Positions 12,895 through 26,822 are shown, counted from the first letter of the stretch. The stretch: 64,000 nt of DNA from Eledone cirrhosa (GCA_964016885.1 OZ024740.1:272118001-272182000), one strand, 5' to 3'. Notes: generated from the sequence alone by a model not told the origin. A program made the numbers and translations.

Positions 12895-13210
12895 GGAGAG
12901 AGGGAGAGGGGGAGATGTAGGTTGGTGTGTCCAGAGTTGCAGAGTGGTTTGCAAATAAACAACGAAACAGACAGGCGTTATATCAAGTGGTATGAAGGAA
13001 AGCACGAGGAAAGAGAAACTTTATGGAAAATTGATCCGAAAAATGACTAAAAGAAAGCAACAAAAGGGGTAAAAAGGGAGTAAGAGAGAGAAAAAAACAA
13101 ATGTGATGGGAACAGAAACGAAATAAACAATGTATGTATGTATGTATGTATGTATGTATGTATGTATGTATGTATGTATGTATGTATGTATGTATGTATG
13201 TATGTATGTA

Positions 13211-13625
13211 TCTCCGGGAGAGATGACCCCTTAGCCTTTGTCAAGGCAGAATTCTAGAAGGAAAACTCTGATATAACACCTGCAACCCTGATGGTATCCA
13301 ATGATGTTGACTTGTTCTTCTTTTTGGTAAATATCATCTTGGTTAAGAGAGTGGGACTGGCTTTGTGCAGTGCCTTTGCTCACTATAAAAGCTTCACGGC
13401 ACAGGCATTGCTTTATATCTGGAGATCTCTCTGCACTTGTCGTCACATGGTACCATGGGCCCAGCACTATGTGTCAATAATTGTCACAAGTGTAGCGTTT
13501 GTACCAGAGTTTTCAAGTCGCTGGCTGGACTAAAAAGTCACACTCGTTCAGCGCATCGGTAAGGGTTCTCCTACATGGATATAAAGTAGTGGCCGTACTC
13601 GAAAACGAGTTGGCAGCCACCATGT
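13211..13625 (+). mobile_element. Short non-autonomous RTE-derived element with (TATG)n tail
   Basis: Nearly identical to 56418-56830; RTE 5'UTR motif GAAGGAAAACTCTGA; 3' ~190 bp matches the LINE end at 56170-56356; (TATG)n on both sides. Confidence 0.8.
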
Positions 13626-13979
13626 ATGTATGTATGTATGTATGTATGTATGTATGTATGTATGTATGTATGTATGTATGTATGTATGTATGTGTATGTA
13701 TGTATGTATGTTTATATGTATATAAGTATGTATGTGCCTGTGTATGTATGTATGTTTGTATGTATCTCTATATGTATGTGTGTGTTTGTATATATGTATG
13801 TATGTTTGTATGTATGTGTGTGTATGGGTATGTATGTGTATATGTCTATTTGTATGTATGTTTGTATGTATGCATGTTTGTATGTGTGTCTGTATGTATG
13901 TATGTATGTATGTATGTATGTATGTATGTATGTATGTATGTATGTATGTATGTACATGGGTGCATGTGTATGTATATGT

Positions 13980-14372
13980 GCGGGGACATAGAAATAGTCG
14001 AGCTGGATACCCGATCGCGAGGTTAAACCACTGGGAGTGAATGACCCCTAGCCTTTGTCAGGAAACTGGGATAACTCCGATATAAAACCTGGAGCTCAGT
14101 AGTTACCGATGATGTTAATCTTTTTTTCCTTTCGGGTTATAGCTACTATCACTCAGAGAGTGGGATTGGCTCAGTGCACAGACTTCCCTCACTTTAAAAA
14201 AAATCTTTTCGCACAGGCATTGCACGATAGAATTAATTAATTGTTTCTACTTTTGGCACAAGGCCAGCAATTACCCAGTACATTACTGGTACGATAGAAT
14301 TAATTAATAATTACTAATAATGGTATATCGTGCAATGGCCATACTCGATAACGAGGGGGCAGCCATCATGTA
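13980..14372 (+). mobile_element. Diverged relative of the RTE-derived short element, interrupted by a SINE fragment
   Basis: GAATGACCCCTAGCCTTTGTCA 5' motif and GGCAGCCATCATGTATG 3' end. Confidence 0.55.
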
Positions 14373-14413
14373 TGTATGTATGTTTGTGTGTGTATATATG
14401 TAATATACACATA

Positions 14414-14465
<52 letters not shown>

Positions 14466-14899
14466 CACATACGCACACACGCACATACACACATACATAC
14501 ACACACACACACACACATACACACACATATATATATTACATTAATGTTTACAAATAAAAGACACGGCGGAATGAGATGAAAGAGGAGAAAGTATTCGTTT
14601 TACTCAGGTAAATATAAAGGTAAGCTATATAGAAGGGCAGGAAACACCAACTATAACAACATATGACCTTCATCATCCCCTCCTCCTCCTCCCCCCCCCC
14701 CCCCTCCTCCCCCCCCCTCCTCCTTTTCTTCTTCTTCTTCTTCTTCTTCTTCTTCTTCTTCTTCTTCTTCTCCTCTTCTTTTTCTACTTCTTCTCGTCCC
14801 CCTCCCCTCTTCCTCCACCTCCTCTACCCCCTTGCCCCTCTTCCTTTTCTTTTCCCCTCCTTATTCTTTCCTCTCCTCACACACGCACACGCACACACG

Positions 14900-15004
<105 letters not shown>

Positions 15005-15225
15005 CAAGACAAGAAAAAAACCCAACATTATGTGTAGAATTTAAAAGTGTCATAGATTGGGATCGAACGTATGGCACTGGAGAGCATACCTGTGGGATTG
15101 ATGGAGGTAATTAGAAAAAATACGACCACTGAACAACAATACACTGGCAAGACAAAGAGACGAGAAACCGAGTTTCTATGGCAAGTGGTGATGGTAAAAT
15201 TGATAAGAACGTGAATGAGTGAGAG

Positions 15226-15351
<126 letters not shown>

Positions 15352-15449
15352 AGTGTGTGTCTGTGTGTGTGTGTGTGTGTGTGTATGAGTGTGTGTCTGT
15401 GTGTGAATGTGTGTGTGTGCATGTATATTTATATATACCTATGTCTGTG

Positions 15450-15719
<270 letters not shown>

Positions 15720-15753
15720 CATAGGTATATATAAATATACATGCGCACACACA

Positions 15754-15845
<92 letters not shown>

Positions 15846-15949
15846 GAGAGAGAGAGATGCGGTAGAGAGAGCGAGTGACAGAAAGAGAGATAGATAGTGA
15901 GAGAGAGGGAAGATAGATAGATAGATAAATAAATATATATATATATATA

Positions 15950-16165
15950 TTAGAAAGTGAGGTTTTTTTACAAAATGAAAAATAAACGAGGTGTCCTACA
16001 CGAGTGAGTGTATAAAGAAAAAAAGATGAAATTGAAAATGCAACTGGAGTCTTATTTAAAAAAAATATATATATATTTTTATTTGGTTCCTTTACCGGTT
16101 TCGCAGTTCTTCTGCTTTTCAAAAGTAGAGTTGAGATGGAGGGTCTGTGGTTTTTCTCACATCTC
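15950..16165 (-). mobile_element. (TA)n-inserted ~210-bp repeat family with variant HHR (also 47896-48102, 52938-53082)
   Basis: Three homologous copies; minus strand ctt TTGAAAA GCAG aagaa CTGC GAAA CCGG TA^aag at 16090-16125. Confidence 0.7.
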
Positions 16166-16262
16166 ATATATATATATATATGAACATAAGTATTTGTTCG
16201 TGTCTGCGTGTGTGTGTATGAGAGATAGCGAGAGAGAGAGACAGAGACAGGGGGGATAACAG

Positions 16263-16325
<63 letters not shown>

Positions 16326-16333
16326 AAGAAAGA

Positions 16334-16397
<64 letters not shown>

Positions 16398-16734
16398 GAA
16401 AGATAATAAAAGAGGAAGACAGAGTGAGTTGAAGAGAGCTAAAAAAAACTAACGTTATATGAGATGGTGAGAGACAAATAGAGAGAAAAGAGAGAAAAGA
16501 GAGGAAAGAGAGGAAAAAGAGGAGAAAGATGTGTTTGTAGACGAATGCTCAAGTTAAAAAAACAAAACATAACGAGAAAAACAACAACAACAACAACAAC
16601 AACTACAATAATAACGGATATATGTATTGATAATTCCACGGTCGGACCATATCCTTGAGGTTGTGTTCAGTATCTATAGAGTGCAGTATGAATGTATGTC
16701 TTCTTGTATGTATATAGTGTATATAGAATACGTC

Positions 16735-16870
16735 AGGCGGAGAATTAGCAGAGTGGTTAGTTGCAGTATTCTTGCAGGTCTGTCTGTACTCTGAGTTCAA
16801 ATCCCACCCAGTTCAATCTTACATTTCATTCCTTTGAGGTCGATAAATAAATACCAGTACTGGGGTTTAA
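16735..16870 (+). mobile_element. Diverged family A SINE
   Basis: GGCGGAGAATTAGCAG..CTGAGTTCAAATCCC..GGTCGATAAATAAATACCAGTACTGGGG. Confidence 0.65.
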
Positions 16871-17021
16871 TTTTTTTCTCTGTGCTCGCCCTCCACATCT
16901 CTTTCTCTCTCTCACCCCCTCTCTCTCTCTTTCAGTCCCTCTCTCTCTCAAGGATTTTCTCTCTCTCTCTCTCTCAGTCTCTCTCTTTCTTGGATTCTCT
17001 CTCTTGGATTCTCTCTCTTGG

Positions 17022-17093
<72 letters not shown>

Positions 17094-17281
17094 TTTCTCT
17101 CCCATTCCCACTGGAATAAATCGGCTGGATTCAGACCTGGGAAGGTGTGGGTTCCGCCAGGCTAAAATTCCTAAGACATGTCACCACAGCACTTCTTCCA
17201 CTATACCAGGAGTTAAGGAATCTGGACATAGAATCTAAAATGTTAAGGATGTATGCTATACCTATGTTTGTGTATGAGAGA

Positions 17282-17348
<67 letters not shown>

Positions 17349-17690
17349 AGAAAAAGGGAGAGGCATGTGTTTGTGTGTTAATATATAAAACCTTGTAGGC
17401 TGATCAAGATACTCACATGGAATGACCAAAGGGGGTTTATTTTTCAACATAGTCACTGGAAAGAAACAATGCAGTTGTTTAAGAAAAGCTGAAAGTAATG
17501 CATGCAAAGTTTCACAGCTCTAGCATCACTCATACATAGTCAGCTTATGAAATGACAAATATTCAAAGGTTGTCCTCACAAAAACCAGTTAAGTGTCTTT
17601 TTGCAAAACTAAGTCAAGAATGTATTCAAATTTCTCATCGCAATGTAATATGTGCGTGTGTGCGTGTGTGCGTGTGTGTGTGTGTATGCG

Positions 17691-17774
<84 letters not shown>

Positions 17775-18895
17775 TGTGTGTGCGTGTGTCTATGTTTCCC
17801 TCTCACTGTGTGTGTGTATGCGTCGTTTCTCTGTGTGTGTGTGTGTGCGTGCGTGCGTGCGTCTGTGTTTGTGCGTGTGAGTCTATTTTTGTGTGTGTCT
17901 GTGTTTGTGTGTGTGTGTGTGTCTATTTTTTGTGTGTCTGTGTTTGTGTGTGTGTGTGTGTGTGTGCGTCTATTTTTTGCGTGTGTGTTTGTGTGTGTAT
18001 GTGCGTCATTTAATCATCAGAAAATAAGGGGAAACACCTCTGATCTCTAAGACTAGTAAGATTGCTTGATTTGATGTTCTGAGAACATTCTTAGGAACCT
18101 CTGTAGATTAACATCCGTGGAAAATCCTTTAGGTCAACACAGGTACTTCTGTCAGTTCATTCACATAAGAAGTTCTAGGAATCAACGCCTGTAGGGACGT
18201 CTGTTGGCCAGGACATTTAGAAATGTCTATAGTTAAACAAATATAGAAAAATCGTGGTGAGAGAAACAATTTCAGAGGTTTGCAGCTGTAGGGAGGAATT
18301 ATTGTACAAAGCATTCGGTGCAGGCTGATAATTGGCGAGACACAATAAGATTCATGAAAAAACGTGGAGATAAGTGTGTCAGATAGGTCGAGTAGAAATC
18401 GAAGAATATATATATATATATATATATATAGCATTTGAATTGACCCGCCAAAAACCAGGGGTTATTTCCCTTGCCGGAATTAACACGTGATAACTATAGA
18501 TTCGATTAGCAGTCACAAGAGCAGCAACATATTTTATCACTCCTGATTCTAAGCAGAACGAAAACCTGTTGATAAACTGAGTCCTCTGTTCAGTCACCAA
18601 TACCATGACCTTGCCATTCAAGTAAGTCTGATATTTGATTTCGGAGTCAGAGAAACATTTCAAACGCCCGTTTGATTTGTCCAGGTCTATTTTTCTCAAC
18701 CTGATTAGTTTTATCGTTACTTTGGTATATATTGTGTGTTAGTTTAGCCTACCACAATGTTCGATTTGTCAAGCTATTTAAACGTATGTTATAACTCTGA
18801 GACCTATCTTATCGAGTGCTTTGCTAACTCATCACTTCATATAAGTAGGCCGAATTTACTTGCAAACCGCCAGAGATTCGATTTTACTGATTTCC

Positions 18896-18937
<42 letters not shown>

Positions 18938-19031
18938 GTGGAACACTGGAAGGTAATATCCGTAGTGGTAGAGCACTCAGTCCATGGGACGAGTTAGGTA
19001 GAAGTGGTTACACAACAGTTAGTTCACCATA

Positions 19032-19071
19032 CCGAGAACAATTGTTTCACCTTCGCGGATCTTCAGTTAGG
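19032..19071 (-). ncRNA. Minimal hammerhead ribozyme (mirror copy, stem I mutated)
   Basis: cctaa CTGAAGA tccgcgaagg t GAAA CAATTG TT^CTCGG. Confidence 0.7.
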
Positions 19072-19257
19072 GATGTGTAATTTTATTTTTTATTTTTTAA
19101 ATTTTATTTTCAACCAAAAAACTTTCCGGACTTTCGCAGTTATCTCCCTTACCCCCCCCCCCCGCACGCAGTCTAGTATTGCCTGTGTGAAGTGACCGAG
19201 TTTCTGCGCATGCGCGTTCGTACGGTTGTCCTTCCTGTTCCTATAACCATACACATC

Positions 19258-19297
19258 CCGAGCTGAAGATCTGCGAAGGTGAAACAATTGTTCTCGG
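19258..19297 (+). ncRNA. Minimal type-I hammerhead ribozyme
   Basis: CCGAG CTGAAGA TCT-gcga-AGG t GAAA CAATTG TT^CTCGG: 5-bp stem I, GNRA-capped stem II, palindromic stem III. Confidence 0.85.
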
Positions 19298-19325
19298 TAT
19301 GGTGAACTAATTGTTGTGTAACCAC

Positions 19326-19382
<57 letters not shown>

Positions 19383-19385
<3 letters not shown>

Positions 19386-19576
19386 CGGAGGAAATGTGGT
19401 AAGGAATCGGGTGGACCATAACGCAGCAAAGTACTCAATACTTAGGGTAGTAGAGTGGGTAATAGGAACGAGTAGGACCCCGACGGCTGAGCTCAAGCCG
19501 TTTCGACGGCTAATTTTAGTCCAGAATTAGCCGTCGAAACGGCTTGAGCTCAGCCGTCGGGGTCCTACTCGTTCCT

Positions 19577-19578
<2 letters not shown>
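19383..19578. mobile_element. Family X hairpin element (HHR 3' half), (TA)n-flanked
   Basis: Hairpin 19461-19578 with GAAACGGCTTGAGCTCAGCCGTC; homologues at 21886-22395, 42033-42225, 48291-48372, 60057-60222. Confidence 0.75.
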
Positions 19579-19629
<51 letters not shown>

Positions 19630-20029
19630 CACGTATACACTTCGATTAACGATAACTCTTAGCACGGAGAGTGCGAACGTCTGTTGCAGATTAGATTTGA
19701 TTTTCAGATAGATTTCGTTAGACAGTCTATTGCTTTTCGAACCTACGCTTGAAGGTTTCATCATTTACATACAGTTTTGTATAGTCTTGCGGTACTCAAA
19801 TTGGTGATATTAGTACACATGGTAGGAATGCTGGTCCTATGAAAGATATCTCGTCAAATCATCATGATATAATGATGTTTGGCTTCAAAATTTGGTGGTG
19901 ACAACGCCATTCATTTTTCAATGCATAACAAATGGGCAAAGATTATTGTTTGTTGGTGCTGTTACTAGTGGCGTTGATGGTGATGGTGCTGTTGTTTAAC
20001 TCCTGCTTATACATGATCGCATGGAGACT

Positions 20030-20350
20030 TGTGACCTAGTGGTTAGTTTGTTGGATTCTCAATCGTAAGGTTGTGTGTTCGATTTCCGGACTGGACAATA
20101 CATCGTGATTTGAGAAAAAACAACAACATTTTATTTGTTGTTAGTCCAGTTGATTCAGCTGGTCAAACTGAGTTGCGATGACACTGGTGCCAAGCTGTAA
20201 AGATATTTGCCTTTCTCTTGGACATCAATAATATGGAGAGAGGAAACTAGCATGTATGTGTGCTTGCTGGTCTTCCACAAAAAACCTTACCCAGGTTTCC
20301 ACCGCAAAGAGGAACATTCCAGGTGCAACCCCATGATCAGTCATGACCAA
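20030..20350 (+). mobile_element. Diverged family B SINE
   Basis: GTGACCTAGTGG..GTTCGATTTCC head; body homologous to 1555-1860 and 43575-43918. Confidence 0.6.
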
Positions 20351-21099
20351 CGAGGAGCTTTAAAATGTCTGATCATGCAGATCTATGATCAAAGGTGTTT
20401 TAGCTTGACCAGACCGTTTCTTTTTTTTTTTTTTAATTTTTTTTAGACACAATGTATCTCGGATTATATTATACAGTGTGTTCCTTCTTTTATAAAAGTA
20501 TTAAAAGTTTGAAGGAGATTTGGCTCTTATTTCTAGTTGATCAATAAACCATACAGAGGCTATATGATATTGCAGTGATGTAGTTACATTGTTTGACGTG
20601 ATGTATCTAGATTTCCTATGGATGAGGCCTGCTTGTGGAAGTTTAAAGAAAATTGAAGGATGCAAATACACTGTAGACATGAAACTATTTTCAATGTAAT
20701 TAAAATCCCGCGAAAGTTTTTTGGCTTCTCGATGTAACTTTTGAAGCGACTCCTACTGTTGCAACAGCATAGTTATTGTGGTTGTTTATTGAGTTAGCCT
20801 AATGCTTCAAAAAGAATTTTCTGCTCCTAGCTCTCCAATTGAGGAAACACTGGTTGCTTGACACATCATCTCTATCTAGATAATCGCATGATGTATATAT
20901 TCTGTAATTATCGTTGTTGTGGTATAAGCATAGCTACTGCATTCGGTTGTTTTTCTTGGTATTACACTTTTTAACTGTTGTGTTTTACTCTGGACGATAA
21001 TGTTTAACTTCTCGACCCATTGAATTCTTTGTGATTGCCTCAAACAACTCGATTAGTACCTGCTGTATGGCAGCTACAACTTCGATTCATACCCAATAT

Positions 21100-21197
<98 letters not shown>

Positions 21198-21226
21198 TAT
21201 ATATAGATATATATCTACCTGCGTAT

Positions 21227-21314
<88 letters not shown>

Positions 21315-21555
21315 ATAAGCAGGTAGATGACATTATATATATATAGAATTCACAAGAATCAAAGCTATGTTCCAAGCATTTATTCACTTACAATTGTTTC
21401 CTCCAAACCTAAGCTTGGAATAATTATATATAGTAATAACTATATATTACTTTTCCTGAATGTGAAAATGGTGGTGGATACGAAAACCATAACTTTCTTT
21501 TGCTTCTCCTTTTTATTTTTATTTTTCTGCACAGATACTCTTTTATTATATACAA

Positions 21556-21851
21556 AGGTTAACTTGTCCTTTCATCCATACAGGGTCGATAAAATAAAAC
21601 ACCAGTAACTTACTGGGGTCGATTTAATTGACTTTCCGCTCCCCCACCCCCAACAAAAAATTACTGGCCTTGTGCCTATACTAAAATTCATTATTAAGGT
21701 TAACGTTGCCTTTCATCCTTACGTGGTTGATAAAATAAAGTACCAGTAATGTACTGGGTAATTGCTGGCCTTGTGGCAAAAGTAGAAACAATTATTATAT
21801 TATATATATATATAAAAAGTTTTAGTATATACATAACCATAAATAGTATCC

Positions 21852-21889
<38 letters not shown>

Positions 21890-22708
21890 AGATTCAGGAC
21901 ACCGACGGCTGAGCTCCGGCCGTTTCGACAGCTAGATCCGAACTAAGCCACCAGTATTAGAAAGGGGGGAATCTAGCTGAACTTATCTAGGGGTACAGTC
22001 CATATATGGGCATGCAGTGAAAGCAAAAAAAAAAAAAAAAAAAAATAAATCTAAGCAAAAAATCTTAGAAGTTTGTTGTTTTTCTTGTCTGTCGCATATT
22101 ACCCACTCTACTTCCTCAAGTAAGATACCAGGTGGATTATAACGCACCAGAGTACTCGATACTTGAGGAAGTAGAGTGGGTAATATGCGACAGACAAGAA
22201 AAACAACAATCTTCTAAGATTTTTTGCTTATTTTTTTTTTTTCAATTTTTTTTTGCTTTCACTGCATGCCCATATATGGACTGTACCCCTAGATAAGTTC
22301 AGCTAGATTCCCGCCTTTCTAATACTGGTGGCTTAGTTCGGATCTAGCTGTCGAAACGGCCGGAGCTCAGCCGTCGGTGTCCTGAATCTTTTCATATATA
22401 TATATATAATATTAAGGATACTATTTATGGTTATGTATATACTAAAACTTTTTATATATAATATAATAATTGTTTCTACTTTTGGCACAAGGCCAGCAAT
22501 TACCCAGTGCATTACTGGTACTTTATTTTATCAACCCCGTAAGGATGAAAGGCAACGTTAACCTTAATAATGAATTTTAGTATAGGCACAAAGCCAGTAA
22601 TTTTTTGTGGGGGGGGGGGGGGGAGCGGAAAGTCAATTAAATCGACCCCAGTAAGTTACTGGCGTTTTATTTTATCGACCCTGCATGGATGAAAGGACAA
22701 GTTAACCT
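21556..22708. repeat. ~1.15-kb palindrome: family X element core plus inverted duplication of flanking SINE DNA
   Basis: Arms 21556-22122 / 22160-22708 with a few substitutions; spacer 22123-22159. Confidence 0.9.
22285..22380 (+). ncRNA. HHR-like motif with atypical core (family X)
   Basis: accc CTAGATAAG tt CAGCTAGAT..ATCTAGCTG tc GAAA CGGC cggagctca GCCG TC^ggtg; mirror copy at ~21898-21995 on the minus strand. Confidence 0.45.
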
Positions 22709-22972
22709 CGGCGGGATTTGAACTCAGACCGTAAAAGACGGTAACTCTATGCTGCTAAACATGGTGTCCGACTCTCTACCGATACTGCCAATCCACCGCA
22801 TATAATATAATAGTTGTTTCTACTTTTGGCACAAGGCGAGCAATTACCCAGTACATTACTGGTACTTTATTTTATCGACCCCGTAAGGATGAAAGGCAAA
22901 GTTCACCTCGGCGGGATTTGAACTCAGATCGTAAAGGGACGTAACTACGCTGGAAAGCATGTCTGACCCTCT
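22466..22972 (-). mobile_element. Cluster of family A SINEs
   Basis: Same consensus as 4345-4770. Confidence 0.8.
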
Positions 22973-23372
22973 ATAATGAAATACACACACATATTCATAT
23001 ATATATGTGTGTGTGTGTGGTGTCTGCCTTAACAAGTTTTGCTCGATGACCGAAAGAACCAAAATAATTAAAATAATTAAATTAACTCCATAATCAGAGC
23101 TATTTATCAAATTACAAAATATGAGCAAATAATAGACAAAAATATACCTAATTTTTCTTCAAAGTCCCGACTGCTGTTTCGCCGATCCGTGCGCAACGAT
23201 TTCTGCCCTATAAAAGGGCATCATCGCTGTGAGGTTGATACGGCTTATCAAGAAACCCCTCAGAAAAAGGACTGTTTCTTGACGCTTTCATAGCAAGTGA
23301 GAAAGTGAAAAAATAGGTATATTTTTGTCTATTATTTCCTCATATTTTGTAATTTTATATATAATATATACA

Positions 23373-23999
23373 TCACTCGTGAACACGGCCCCGAGATACT
23401 TGAACTTCTCCATCTGCTTCAGTTGTGGAACTCCATTCACATGTAGAGTGTACTATTCTACAAAACAAGAATATACCTCTTGCCAAAACTCCCAGGATTT
23501 TTAGAAGATCCGCCGCAATGCGAATATTTCCGGAGCGAAAACCACACTGTACATCAGCTAGCTTGGACACAACAATCTCCCTGCATCTCTTTGCCAGATA
23601 CTTAGCGTAGACTTTACCGGGGAGGCTTAACAAGGAGATCCCTCTGTAATTGAAAAATCTCTCATGTCTCCCTTTTCGATCAGTCCCGATTGCCATTGCT
23701 TAGGTGCTTTTCCAAAGATTCAGGCCATCCGGCAAACAAGTGTAAGCCATAGATTTAAGGCTTTTAATATCTCCGACAGGATTTCCTCTTCCTCAGCGGC
23801 CTTGTCATATTCGAGCGCTTTAATTGCACTTGTGACTTCAGCCTCTGAGAGATTATTCACCACTCCCAGATGTACCTCGTATACACCAGAATATGCCGTT
23901 GTGATCGGGTTTAGTAAAGTATTCTCTCCACTTCACAATAATGCACCTCTTTGAAGAGAGAAGAACCCAGACGTGTTCCTGATATCAGGTGTGGAGGAG
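23373..23999 (-). pseudogene. Degenerate RTE-like LINE reverse transcriptase fragment
   Basis: NYRGISLLSLPGKVYAK..QCGFRSG RT motif; EAEVTSAIKAL..KAAEEEEI upstream; frameshifted; runs into the N gap. Confidence 0.8.
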
Positions 24000-24199
24000 N
24001 NNNNNNNNNNNNNNNNNNNNNNNNNNNNNNNNNNNNNNNNNNNNNNNNNNNNNNNNNNNNNNNNNNNNNNNNNNNNNNNNNNNNNNNNNNNNNNNNNNNN
24101 NNNNNNNNNNNNNNNNNNNNNNNNNNNNNNNNNNNNNNNNNNNNNNNNNNNNNNNNNNNNNNNNNNNNNNNNNNNNNNNNNNNNNNNNNNNNNNNNNNN
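24000..24199. other. Assembly gap (N run)
   Basis: 200 N bases. Confidence 1.
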
Positions 24200-24213
24200 G
24201 CTCTGCACTGGCC

Positions 24214-24285
<72 letters not shown>

Positions 24286-24300
24286 TATATATATATATAT

Positions 24301-24852
24301 AATTGTTTCTACTTTAGGCACAAGGCCAGCAATTATCCCAGTGTATTACTGGTACTTTATTTTATCGACCCCGTAAGGATGAAAGGCAAAGTTAACCTTG
24401 GCGGGATTTGAACTCAGAATGGCAAGGGCCGTAACTCTATGCGTCAAAGCATGGCGTCCGACCCTCTACCGATAGATATTAATTTAACAATGAAAATAAT
24501 AACAAAGTCAAGTAATCTTACCTATTCATTAGGTAAAATAACTTGACTTTGTTATTATTTTCATTGTTAAATTAATATCTAATATCAGACTCTGTATGAA
24601 AGGGATTAACTCAGCGGAACACAGAACCTTTCTATGGATTTCACTGGATTACTCGTTATCAGATTTCATTGATTGGCATTATCGGTAGAGGGATGGACGC
24701 TATGCTTTGACGCACAGAGTTACGGCCCTTGCCATTCTGAGTTCGAATCCCGCCGAGGTTAACTTTGTCTTTCATCCTTACGGGGTCGATAAAATAAAGT
24801 ACCAGTAATGCACTGGTAATTGCTGGCCTTGTGCCAAAAAGTAAAAACAATT
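24301..24852. mobile_element. Inverted pair of family A SINEs (24301-24473 minus, 24670-24852 plus) around an AT-rich hairpin (24473-24581)
   Basis: Both copies share the variant GAATGGCAAGGGCCGTAACTCT.TGCGTCAAAGC not seen in other copies here. Confidence 0.8.
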
Positions 24853-25412
24853 ATTTCTATCTAACAAGAAGGGTAGGCCACATTGAAAAAGCATATATAA
24901 TGAATAAAACCTCAACACAAATGCATGCTATCTAAGATTTCAAACTTCAACTAGCATAGGACACATATTCTATCTATATATATATAAGAGTATGTTTTGC
25001 TTTTGAAATGACTACAACATATATTAATTATAATATTGCTGAATAATATCTGGGATATAATACCTTGAAACAGAAAGAGCGAGGAGAATCATCGGAAGGA
25101 ATCGAATTATTCCCCGGCTGTATGTCGGAATGCCATGTACCACTTCACCAAGGGGAATCCTGCCATTGTTTTACGTTAATTTAAAGGCCACATTTTTTAG
25201 CGACAATGTTAGAGTGTAAACAACGTGAGCCATAAGAGGCGTGTAATAAGATTGAATTTTAAGAGTGTTTTTACCGGCATTCGGCAGTGGAGTGTTTTGA
25301 TTCTCGCAAGCGATTCTGTACATTTTTTTTCTCCCAAAGAATTATATCCCCAATCTTATTCAGCAAAAGATACTCAGAAATTTCAATCTTATCACACGCT
25401 CCTTAAGATTTA

Positions 25413-25461
<49 letters not shown>

Positions 25462-25554
25462 CATATATATATTATATATATATGTATATATATTCAAAAC
25501 ATGGAGCTTCATTCCCACACAGTTAGTTTCTGGAAATTACTACAGTTTCGATGC

Positions 25555-25585
<31 letters not shown>

Positions 25586-25630
25586 CTGTATACTATACTT
25601 TTTGTACCTCTGTTGTCTTCTTGAACTATA

Positions 25631-25689
<59 letters not shown>

Positions 25690-25954
25690 ATTGCATTTAT
25701 CTTAGGCTGTTTACCAATGGGTAGATGTATGTATACGGCGGGCTTCTGTAGAGTTTCCGTCTACCACCTTCTATTAACAAGATATTAACCAGTCTGAGAC
25801 ACTAAAGCGAGCATCACGTGCTCGAGGAACCGCTCAGTGGATTCAAATCCGGAACCACGTGGTCATGAAACGAATGATTTAAGCACACAACCAAACCTAA
25901 GACATATATATATGTATATATATATATATATATGTCACACAGCACACATATACA

Positions 25955-26002
<48 letters not shown>

Positions 26003-26277
26003 GACCTATATAGATATATAGTTATATGAATAATGTATGTATAATCACATGAGTGAACATACTTGCCAGATATGCGCATGCATACATGATACACACACAC
26101 ATATACATATATAATGCAAGCACTCACATGCCTATATGCATAGGCAAGCATATGCAAATATTTACATGGACTTCAACAGATCTGGGCGCGCGCACATACA
26201 TATTTACACAGGTGTGAGTGCATATTTACATACCTGCCACGCACATATTTGTCTAGATATATATGTATGTATGTATG

Positions 26278-26311
<34 letters not shown>

Positions 26312-26490
26312 TGTATGTATGTATGTATGTATGTATGTATGTATAAATGCATGTATATTTGTATATATGCATGTATTTATGTATGTATACACACACACAT
26401 ATATATATATATATATGCAGAAATGTGTATATGTATATATGTATGTATGCATATATATATATGTATATATATATATGTATATATATATAC

Positions 26491-26542
<52 letters not shown>

Positions 26543-26570
26543 GTATATATACATATATATATAATATATG

Positions 26571-26642
<72 letters not shown>

Positions 26643-26755
26643 GTGTATATACATATATATATAATATATGTATAATATATATATGTATATATATATTAAT
26701 ATATATATATATGTATATGTATATATACATATATATATAATATATGTATAATATA

Positions 26756-26822
<67 letters not shown>

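Larger units (their letters stand above)
18933..19330. mobile_element. (TA)n-flanked non-coding inverted-repeat element with outward-facing HHRs
   Basis: Arms 18999-19079 / 19250-19330; the left arm extends ~65 nt further out. Confidence 0.8.

Noticed and set aside
17395-17460. Apparent minus-strand exon with GTGAGT donor
   Set aside because: Homologous to 36210-36275, so part of a dispersed repeat.
18020-18890. Possible decayed coding sequence (LTR-retrotransposon-like) on the minus strand
   Set aside because: No recognisable motif; interrupted by TA; a similar weak case at 61050-61880 was also left uncalled.
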